A DNA stretch of 64,000 nt from an uncultured cyanobacterium (GTDB taxonomy: Bacteria > Cyanobacteriota > Cyanobacteriia > Phormidesmidales > Phormidesmidaceae). Made by a program: the position numbers and the translations under genes. The DNA lies in assembly GCA_963793265.1 (NCBI GenBank), contig CAWBZI010000006.1, forward strand, positions 1,039,441-1,103,440, in the 5' to 3' direction. Shown here piece after piece: positions 56,755 to 64,000 of this stretch; positions within the stretch are counted from its first letter, which is position 1, and each line of letters begins with the position of its first letter. The notes beneath the pieces were generated by a model. That model was not told where the DNA came from. It made no database searches and was given only the letters and a program-made list of their open reading frames with translations.

Positions 56755-57291
56755 ATGCAATATTTGAACATTGGCTTGAGTGAGGAGCAAAGGCAAGGCG
56801 TCACTAATCTGCTTAACGCCGATCTTGCAGACTCATATCTGCTAATTATCAAGACTAAAAAGTACCACTGGGATGTGATTGGCCCTCAGTTCAGAACGCT
56901 TCATGAGCTTTGGCAGCAGCAGTACGAAGCTATCAGCATGAATATAGACGCGATCGCTGAGCGCATCCGTCAGCTAGGCGGATACCCCATTGGTACAGCC
57001 AAAGGCTTTTTGGAGAACGCTACATTGCGCGAGCACGCTGGTGACTTGCCTAATGCAGACCAAATGGTACAGCGTTTGGTAAGCGATCACGAGCAGGTTA
57101 TCCGCAATCTGCGTCAGCACGTTGACCAGTGCAGCGATGATTTTGGTGACGAAGGAACTGCCGACTTCCTGACTGCTTTGATGGAGCAGCACGAAGAAAT
57201 GGCCTGGATGCTGCGTTCCTTTATTGAGGGCACTAGCCTCTCGCCTAGTGGCAACCGTGAGTCTAACTTGAAGACGCCTGCAACCGTATAG
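56755..57291 (+). CDS. dps: Dps-family ferritin-like protein
   Basis: KTKKYHWDV.GPQFRTLHEL, DAIAERI, HEEMAWML. Confidence 0.94.
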   Translation: MQYLNIGLSEEQRQGVTNLLNADLADSYLLIIKTKKYHWDVIGPQFRTLHELWQQQYEAISMNIDAIAERIRQLGGYPIGTAKGFLENATLREHAGDLPNADQMVQRLVSDHEQVIRNLRQHVDQCSDDFGDEGTADFLTALMEQHEEMAWMLRSFIEGTSLSPSGNRESNLKTPATV

Positions 57292-57326
57292 ATTTACGAC
57301 TATCGATAGATTGTCTTTTCTATGAG

Positions 57327-57364
57327 AGAAGGCCCTAGCAGTTTTTATTGCTAGGGCCTTCTTA
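57327..57364 (+). terminator. Terminator after dps
   Basis: AGAAGGCCCTAGCA...TGCTAGGGCCTTCT. Confidence 0.75.
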
Positions 57365-57500
57365 TGTATGGAGGGAATTGCAAAAAGCGGATCTTAAAAT
57401 GTGTCTACGGAGCTACCTGTAAATCATCAAAGAGAGAGAGGCTGTAGCGACAGGCGCGCTCCTATGATGAGCACAGTTTAGTTTAAGAGGCAAAGATTAT

Positions 57501-57683
57501 ATGATCCTGTTACTAGAGACCGCCATTGAGTCAGCACCGTACGCCTTTTCGTTAACCACCGTAGGCATTGTTGGATTTATTGCGGCTACAACCATTGGTT
57601 CTATTGCCTGGTACAACTCTAAGCGTCCTGCGGGTTGGGAAGGCAAAGAGCGTCCAGATATTGTTCCTGAAGTCGAGAAATAG
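57501..57683 (+). CDS. psb35: Psb35-like photosystem II assembly protein (single TM)
   Basis: VGFIAATTIGSIAWYNSKRPAGWE..ERPD matches the recalled family motif. Confidence 0.72.
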   Translation: MILLLETAIESAPYAFSLTTVGIVGFIAATTIGSIAWYNSKRPAGWEGKERPDIVPEVEK

Positions 57684-57737
57684 ACAGTAGAACGGTCGCG
57701 TTTAATTAACGCTTATATATTGCCTTAATACATAAGC

Positions 57738-57783
57738 AAAAAGTGGCTAAGGGGAAGTTTATAGTATCCCTTAGCCATTTTTT
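57738..57783. terminator. Bidirectional terminator
   Basis: AAAAAGTGGCTAAGGG...CCCTTAGCCATTTTTT. Confidence 0.8.
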
Positions 57784-57872
57784 ATGGTGTTAGCTGTCTT
57801 CGGACTTTGTTTCGTTTGACTTCTGTTTTGTTTAATATCAAACGCTATTACTTCATCGGAAGTAATACAATC

Positions 57873-58109
57873 CTATGACTTCAAATCACCGGGTTCTTCA
57901 ACGTACATTTCGGGCTCAATAGCATAGTTATTAGCCAGCCCTTCGTTACTGACGGTCGTACCGCCTGTGGTATCAGGTTTACCCTCCTTATCTTCTACAG
58001 GCTGCTTATAACCGTCACCCTCACGCTCTTTGCGAGCTGCGGTTTCAGCAGGCACAATACCCTTGTCGAAATTATCAGTATCGACGCTATGTTCTGTTTT
58101 ATTTTCCAT
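57873..58109 (-). CDS. Small acidic, hydrophilic protein with a Psb34/HliA-like NNYAIEPEMY motif
   Basis: 78 aa, AAAGG RBS, no TM segment; GIVPAETAARKEREG and EGLANNYAIEPEMY. Confidence 0.8.
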   Translation of the reverse strand: MENKTEHSVDTDNFDKGIVPAETAARKEREGDGYKQPVEDKEGKPDTTGGTTVSNEGLANNYAIEPEMYVEEPGDLKS

Positions 58110-58232
58110 GGCTTAACCTTTGATAAAGGAACTATCTCTTTAGGAGATATGTAACTGATCAAAAGCATCTCTCAAAAGATAGTATTATTCCTCCCCCCAG
58201 AGCTATACATACTGTTGAATACGTCAGACAAC

Positions 58233-58270
58233 AAAACGCCCTGAACGGATTTACACGTTCAGGGCGCTTT
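58233..58270 (-). terminator. Terminator after csbD
   Basis: CGCCCTGAACG...CGTTCAGGGCG stem with A/T tails. Confidence 0.75.
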
Positions 58271-58331
58271 ATCTTTCATGAAACTGCGCTAGTTATGCAC
58301 AGAAGGCATGAAACAAATTACAAAAGACGAA

Positions 58332-58514
58332 TTAGTCTACAGCGTCTTTGATACCATCTTTGACGTTCTCTGTGGCTTTCTGAGCAGAAGCTTCTGTCTG
58401 CTTTGCTTTGCCCTTGGCCTGAGCTTCAGTGTTGTCAGTTGCTTTACCAGCAGCTTCTTGAGCTTTACCTTCTACATCTTTAGCGGCAGCTTTGGCCTTG
58501 TCTGCAATACCCAT
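58332..58514 (-). CDS. csbD: CsbD-family general stress protein
   Basis: KAKAAAKDVEGKAQEAAGKAT.N...AKGKAKQ; GGAG RBS. Confidence 0.9.
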   Translation of the reverse strand: MGIADKAKAAAKDVEGKAQEAAGKATDNTEAQAKGKAKQTEASAQKATENVKDGIKDAVD

Positions 58515-58762
58515 GTGAGTAGTCTCCAGTTAACGTTCTTTACACTCTCTATTGTAAGTCTTGCAAAAAGGAGATACCTCCGTCTCTAGGTGACGTTTGC
58601 TTATATCTAAAGGTATACCCGATAGAGAGAGATACACAGGCAGGCAGCAGCGCGCTTGCGTAGACGATTGCGGTATGGTGTGTATGCTAAAGGTCTTTTA
58701 CGGGTGTTAGAGTGGTTTTGCTCAAATCCGACCGTTAGTCATATTCATGTATTAGCGAGTAT

Positions 58763-59986
58763 ATGTCTGTAGTTGATGATGCCAAAGACCAGCCTAAGAA
58801 AAGTACGCCTAAGCCAAAAGATGATAGACCTCGGCCCTGGCGGCTGCGCCCGCTAGTTTTAGCACGCTACTATTTGCCACCGCGCTACTATCGTCCGATG
58901 GTCCAAGCAGCTCGTAAGTTCGACAGGTTTTGGGGCGTCAATGGTGCCGATTGGAAGTGGATGGCAAATAAGCCACTGCCGCTAAAGAGTTTGAACCGTA
59001 GCTTGTGGCGCGGCGCAGACCCTTCTTTTAATTACTACATCATGCTGTTTCTCTCAGGCGTTATCTCCACGCTCGGGCTGCTAGCAGGGAGCACAGCGGC
59101 TATTATTGGCGCAATGATTGTAGCGCCCTTGATGGGGCCTATTATCGGGATGGCGTTTGCGACAACGATGGCCAACCGGCGTTTGCTCAAGCGCTCCGGG
59201 CTGGCTGTTATTACGGGCATTTTGCTGACGGTAGGCACGGCTTATCTTATCTGTAGCTTAGTGGGGCTTAATACGCTAAACAATGAGATATTGCAGCGGA
59301 CAAGGCCAACGCTGATTGATTTGGCAATTGGACTAGCAGCAGGGGCCGCAGGGGCTTTTGCGACTACGCGAAAAGAGATTGCTGAGGCGCTGCCGGGGGT
59401 GGCGATCGCAGTCGCTTTAGTGCCGCCTTTAAGCGTGATCGGGATTGGATTAGCGTTTGGCGATCTCAGTATTTTTTACGGCTCCACCCTACTGTTTCTA
59501 ACTAACCTAGCAGGCATTATTCTTAGCGGCGGTGTTGTCTTTATCTGGCAAGATTACGGCTCGATTAAACGGGCTAAAAAAGGGCTAACGGCTTCTGTTA
59601 TGATTCTGTTGCTTTTAGGGATTCCGCTAGGCGTATCGCTCAAAGAACTTATCGTCGAGGAACGCGCTCGAACGCTGGTAGGCAGCCTTATTAGGAGAGA
59701 AACAGAAACCTTTCGCGGCACAGATATCCGGCAGCTACGTATAGAATCTGATGAGGATGTATTAGCCGTCTACCTAGAAGTCGCAGCCCCTATCGCTTCT
59801 ATTTCGGATAATCAGGTAAGGCTAGTGCATGAATTTTTGGAGCAGGAGCTAGGTCGCCCCATCACGCTAGACGTAAGCCTGTTTCCAGTGCGTGAGCTAG
59901 AAGTCGGCCCCGGTAAGGAAGGTGCCGATAGCAGGGCTAGCGTTGAAGCTCAAATTGAGCAGGATCGGATTGATGACGATCGTTAG
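58763..59986 (+). CDS. DUF389 (TIGR00341-like) membrane protein
   Basis: IIGAMIVAPLMGPI, RTRPTLIDL, LPGVAIAVALVPPL. Confidence 0.9.
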   Translation: MSVVDDAKDQPKKSTPKPKDDRPRPWRLRPLVLARYYLPPRYYRPMVQAARKFDRFWGVNGADWKWMANKPLPLKSLNRSLWRGADPSFNYYIMLFLSGVISTLGLLAGSTAAIIGAMIVAPLMGPIIGMAFATTMANRRLLKRSGLAVITGILLTVGTAYLICSLVGLNTLNNEILQRTRPTLIDLAIGLAAGAAGAFATTRKEIAEALPGVAIAVALVPPLSVIGIGLAFGDLSIFYGSTLLFLTNLAGIILSGGVVFIWQDYGSIKRAKKGLTASVMILLLLGIPLGVSLKELIVEERARTLVGSLIRRETETFRGTDIRQLRIESDEDVLAVYLEVAAPIASISDNQVRLVHEFLEQELGRPITLDVSLFPVRELEVGPGKEGADSRASVEAQIEQDRIDDDR

Positions 59987-60003
59987 TAAGAATGGTACGA
60001 GTC

Positions 60004-61005
60004 TTACTCGTCTAGATAACCGTTCACGCCGTTTTTACGAAGTCGCAGGCTTTTGAGTGCGCTTTGTTGAATTTGACGCACCCGTTCGCGGCTGACGCCG
60101 AGGCGATCGCCCACCTGAGCCAGGGTTAACTCGTGCCCATCTATCAGGCCAAAGCGAAGCGTAATCACCTCTTTTTGAGCAGGTGAGAGCGAAGATAAGA
60201 GGTTGAGCAGGTCTTGCTTGAGGTGCTGCTGGGTTACGTTTTCTTCGAGTGTGGCGTGCGTGTCGTCTTCGAGCATGTCGCCAAGTTCACTGCTTTGATC
60301 GTCACCGACACGCATTTCTAGTGACAGGGGTGTGCGCGATATTGCCAAAGATGATTTGATGTCTTCGACTGAAATTTCTAACGTCTCAGCGACTTCAGCT
60401 AGAGTTGGCGTGCGCCCTAATGACTGAGATAGCTCTCGCTGTGTACGCTTGATTTTGTTGAGCTTTTCGGTGATGTGGATGGGAATGCGAATGGTGCGGG
60501 CTTGCTGGGCGATCGCCCGCGTAATACCCTGGCGAATCCACCAGTAAGCATAGGTCGAAAACTTATAGCCCTTTGCAGGCTCGAATTTCTCGACCGCTCG
60601 CTCTAAGCCAATGGAGCCTTCCTGAATGAGATCAAGCAGATCTAAATTTCGTCGCTGGTATTTTTTGGCAACAGAGACAACCAGCCTCAGATTAGCCTCT
60701 ACCATTCGGCGCTTTGCTCGTTGCCCTTTACTCAACACCTGCTTCAGCTCAGTTAGCTCCAACTGCGCGGCTTTGGCCCATTCAGCCTCAGTCGGATCGT
60801 GACCTAGTTCTTTAGTTAAAGAAGTCTTGATCTCAAGCAGCGCCATCATATCTCGCACCTGCTGACCCAGAGTAATTTCATCGCTAGCTGAAAGCAATGG
60901 AATTCGGCCAATCTCCTTCAGGTAGCTTTTCATGGAGTCATGAGAGGCGATCGCACGAGAGCGCTTGGCTTGATTATGGGAAGCGTCAGAAAAAACGGCT
61001 TTCAT
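60004..61005 (-). CDS. Group-2 sigma-70 factor, SigB-like (start uncertain; ORF open to 61107)
   Basis: [59 protein letters not shown]; lacks region 1.1. Confidence 0.92.
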   Translation of the reverse strand: MKAVFSDASHNQAKRSRAIASHDSMKSYLKEIGRIPLLSASDEITLGQQVRDMMALLEIKTSLTKELGHDPTEAEWAKAAQLELTELKQVLSKGQRAKRRMVEANLRLVVSVAKKYQRRNLDLLDLIQEGSIGLERAVEKFEPAKGYKFSTYAYWWIRQGITRAIAQQARTIRIPIHITEKLNKIKRTQRELSQSLGRTPTLAEVAETLEISVEDIKSSLAISRTPLSLEMRVGDDQSSELGDMLEDDTHATLEENVTQQHLKQDLLNLLSSLSPAQKEVITLRFGLIDGHELTLAQVGDRLGVSRERVRQIQQSALKSLRLRKNGVNGYLDE

Positions 61006-61138
61006 AATGGATTTTTTTGAATAAGGTAGTTGGTTAAGCAGCAGCGATACAGGCGTGGAGCGTGGGGCGATCGCTATATTGAACAACATACTGGGACGCC
61101 TGGTCATAAAGATATTGCTACAGGTATATTTAAGCGGT

Positions 61139-62089
61139 TTATTTCAGCCGCGACCGATCAGGGGTTGCCAACAGCTCTTGGGCCGTTAGGATAAGTGCGG
61201 CGATCGCAAAGGGCAGTAAGTAATAGATCATTCGATAGGCCAATAGCGATGCTAATACGTCATCGCCGGACACCTGATCTGCTAGGAGTAAGAGCATCAC
61301 CGTTTCAAAGACACCGACGCCGCCCGGCACGCTACTAGCAACCCCTGCGGCCATCGCCAGTAGGTAGATGTTGAGGAAACCAAAGTAAGAGATATTGCCC
61401 GTAGGCATTAGCGTGTAGAGCACAGCGGCAGCGAGCCCCCAATCGAGGCTAGAAACGGCCAGTTGGGAAAGGGCAATCGGCAGGGCGGGTAGCCGAAAGC
61501 TGAACTGCCGAACGGTGATCTGTCGTCTGATGAGAACGCTGCTGAGTAGGTAGGCAGCAGTTAGGCCCAAGAAAATGCCGCCTAGCGGGCGGGCTGTGCT
61601 AAAAGGCAAATGGACAGCCGTTGGGACGGGTAGCGGCGCGTGTAAAAAAGCAATGCTGCCGAGAGCAAAGAGTCCGAGTAGGAAGGTGAAGTTGGCAAAG
61701 GCGATGACGTGTGCGATCGCCCAGCCGGAAATGCCCCATGCACTATAGCGCCGATACCGAATGGCGCTGCCTGTGACAATGGCGAAGCCAATCACGTTGC
61801 TAAAGGCGATGCTAATAAAGGCGGTGAGCGCAATTCGCCGGTAGGCCAAAGACTCTTTGAGGTGGTGAAAGGCCAGAGTATCGTAGCCAGTCATCGCCGT
61901 AAAGCCCAAAAAAGTGAGGGCGATCGCTAGCCCTATTTGCCCAGTTGAGATTGCGGTAAAGCTCGCAATGACATCTTGAAGGCTGTAGCTTTTTAGCTCA
62001 GTGCTAATGACAACAACAGAAACCAGCAGCAGCAGAAGAGCGATCGCAGTCCCTAGATAAGAGAGAATGTTTTTCTTCAAGATAGGCAA
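61139..62089 (-). CDS. Lysylphosphatidylglycerol-synthase TM (flippase-like) domain protein (UPF0104)
   Basis: TGYDTLA, GSAIRYRRYS, VPGGVGVFE, LLAYRMIYYLLP; no transferase domain. Confidence 0.87.
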   Translation of the reverse strand: MPILKKNILSYLGTAIALLLLLVSVVVISTELKSYSLQDVIASFTAISTGQIGLAIALTFLGFTAMTGYDTLAFHHLKESLAYRRIALTAFISIAFSNVIGFAIVTGSAIRYRRYSAWGISGWAIAHVIAFANFTFLLGLFALGSIAFLHAPLPVPTAVHLPFSTARPLGGIFLGLTAAYLLSSVLIRRQITVRQFSFRLPALPIALSQLAVSSLDWGLAAAVLYTLMPTGNISYFGFLNIYLLAMAAGVASSVPGGVGVFETVMLLLLADQVSGDDVLASLLAYRMIYYLLPFAIAALILTAQELLATPDRSRLK

Positions 62090-62110
62090 CTCCTAAGGCG
62101 GTACAAAGCA

Positions 62111-63523
62111 TCAACTCTCAGTGAGCGTACCTTGGTGGGCAATGCCATCGTTAGGATTTAGCACCTCACCTTTGTTATTGGCACCGCCATTATTCTGCTT
62201 AAGTGCATCGGGCACGTCTTTGAGTAGCAAAGTATAAATCTCAGTAGGCATTTCAATATCGTAGGTCTGCAAGGCTTCTTTGACCTTTTGAGCCACTAAT
62301 GAGGTCGTTTGCAAAAAGCCCGCCCGATGAGAATCGACCCAAAAGCGCACTTCTATATTGACGGTGCTTGCAGCAAGTTCACGCACGAGCACTTCTGGAG
62401 CGGGATTTGGCTGTACGACATCAAGCTGAGCGATTGTCTCTACAATCACCTGCTGCGCCTTAACAATATCTGCCTCATAGTCAATCCCGACCATCACCGA
62501 GCTACGCAAATATTTAGAGGCCGTATTGTTCGTAATGCTCGCCTGAAACACCTCTTGATTGGGGATATAAATCATCCGTCCGTCATAGGTTTTCAGCGTT
62601 GTTGAGCGTAGTTGAACCTGGGTAATCGTGCCTTCAAACCCTTCTATCACCACCTGATCGCCAATATGAAAGGGCCTTGCAGCGAGCAAGATCACGCCTG
62701 AAATGTAGTTACTCAAAACATCTTTTAGGCTAAAACCAATCGCCACACTCGTTAGCCCTAACGCCCCTAACATCGTGGCAAAATCAATTCCCCACACGCC
62801 CAGCGCAATCACCGCGCCGCCCACCCAAACGGCTCCGTAGCCCAGCCGTCCGATCAAAACTTCAGTGCCGTGATCGCCTTCTGTCCGCTGCGCCCACCGA
62901 AAAGCGCTGTAGCGAACGCCTTTAGCCACCAGCCAAGTCGCTAGCATCACGACAATCACGCCGATCAGAGCTGGAATGCTATCAATGGCATCTTGGCCCA
63001 ACTGACGCAGCGTACCGTTTAATCGCTGCACGACATCAATTGCCACTGGCGGCTTTTCAAAACTATTGCCCAGTCGCTCGGCCCAGTCCTCAGCCAGCGT
63101 CTCTAGCGACAGTCCAAAGTCTTCAGCATCTTGCCCAGTCACCGTCATCAGCACCCGATTATTGGCCTGGATCGTTACCAGTTCCTGGTCTTCAACGGCC
63201 TCGGCGCTTACCGTCGCATCGCCATCCGTACGCTCTAGCACGCTGGCGATGCGACGGTTGATAATGGCGGCCCTTTGGCTTGCCGAAAGATTGTTGAGGC
63301 TACCCACCTGAAAAATGGTCTGCCCCCTAACAATAATATCTGCAAAGTAAACACCGTCATCAGGAGCGGTATCTGCCGGTTCAACTGCTTCAGTCGTCTG
63401 GGCAGCGGGACTCTCAATGGCGGCTTCATCCTGTGCGATCACAGGCGCTATCGTCGGCGGCACGCTCAGCAGCACACAGAGGCAAACAGCGGTTGAAATA
63501 GCGCTAAAGCGATACTTTTTCAT
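62111..63523 (-). CDS. MscS-family mechanosensitive channel with an N-terminal periplasmic domain
   Basis: AIGFSLKDVLSNYISG, RPFHIGDQV, IYIPN, GIDYEAD; signal peptide from ATG 63523. Confidence 0.92.
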   Translation of the reverse strand: MKKYRFSAISTAVCLCVLLSVPPTIAPVIAQDEAAIESPAAQTTEAVEPADTAPDDGVYFADIIVRGQTIFQVGSLNNLSASQRAAIINRRIASVLERTDGDATVSAEAVEDQELVTIQANNRVLMTVTGQDAEDFGLSLETLAEDWAERLGNSFEKPPVAIDVVQRLNGTLRQLGQDAIDSIPALIGVIVVMLATWLVAKGVRYSAFRWAQRTEGDHGTEVLIGRLGYGAVWVGGAVIALGVWGIDFATMLGALGLTSVAIGFSLKDVLSNYISGVILLAARPFHIGDQVVIEGFEGTITQVQLRSTTLKTYDGRMIYIPNQEVFQASITNNTASKYLRSSVMVGIDYEADIVKAQQVIVETIAQLDVVQPNPAPEVLVRELAASTVNIEVRFWVDSHRAGFLQTTSLVAQKVKEALQTYDIEMPTEIYTLLLKDVPDALKQNNGGANNKGEVLNPNDGIAHQGTLTES

Positions 63524-63570
63524 GGAGAGAATATGAACAGATTGTGAATGGTTAAGGCAGCGCAAGAGCA

Positions 63571-64000
63571 CTACGATCGAGCAGACAAATCAATATTTTT
63601 CAGGCTATCGACTTCTACACTTTTCATCTCGAAGCTATCGACTATTTGCTTAAAAGTGCCAGCGAGCGGCACTGCAATCACCGCGCCCAGCAATCCACCT
63701 GTCTGCGCACCAATCAGCAGCGATAGCAGCACCCAAACAGGATTAATGCCAACGGCATCGCCTAAAATTCGTGGCGTGAATACATTGTCAACAATTTGAT
63801 CGGTAACAATGCAGGCGACTAGCACTTCGCCACCGAGCACAGGGTTGCTAACGCCTACCAGCAAACTGACCGTCAACATGCCTAGCCAGTCGCCAAAGGG
63901 GATAAGCACTGAAAGGCCAATGCCAATACTAGAAATGAGCCAGAAAGGCACCTGAAGAACATAAAAAACCAGCGCTAGAATTGAGCCCATAATGGCCGCA
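63571..64000 (-). CDS. AI-2E family transporter, 5' part beyond the window
   Basis: LIPFG, DQIVDNVFTPRILGDAVGINPVW, GLLGAVIAVPLA. Confidence 0.9.
   Translation of the reverse strand, partial: AAIMGSILALVFYVLQVPFWLISSIGIGLSVLIPFGDWLGMLTVSLLVGVSNPVLGGEVLVACIVTDQIVDNVFTPRILGDAVGINPVWVLLSLLIGAQTGGLLGAVIAVPLAGTFKQIVDSFEMKSVEVDSLKNIDLSARS

Noticed and set aside
58308..58589. 93-aa hydrophobic ORF on the plus strand
   Set aside because: It is the antisense shadow of the Lys/Ala-rich csbD gene.

Overview
Core chromosomal segment of a cyanobacterium, shown by abundant HIP1 GCGATCGC octamers and phycobilisome genes. It carries an hli gene, the apcE-apcA-apcB-apcC allophycocyanin cluster, the large ATP synthase operon (atp1, a, c, b', b, delta, alpha, gamma), ndhR/ccmR with an upstream ATAG-N8-CTAT box, and holA, obgE, nth, rpe, sirB/cbiX-cobA, rluD, cpcG, mobA, dxs, lptA/B/FG, glmM, dnaK3-dnaJ, gshA, trmL and an nlpD-like peptidase. 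Five tRNAs are present (Tyr, Thr, His, Leu, Met). Two small accessory patches hold a truncated higB + higA + GGCT + PL11-like lipoprotein, and a brnT-brnA pair. From about 55 kb there is a stress-type cluster (P450, dps, psb35-like, csbD, DUF389, group-2 sigma factor, MscS, AI-2E). No CRISPR array, transposase or integrase was seen. The most notable observations are: a soluble small protein carrying the HliA/B-Psb34 'NN(F/Y)AIEP' motif next to a psb35-like gene; a ~310-aa Tyr-periodic, prion-like tail on DnaK3; an unannotated 31-aa membrane peptide coupled to a redoxin gene; an unannotated truncated HigB toxin; and two single-base frameshifts. All calls come from reading the sequence and from recalled family motifs; no database search was run.
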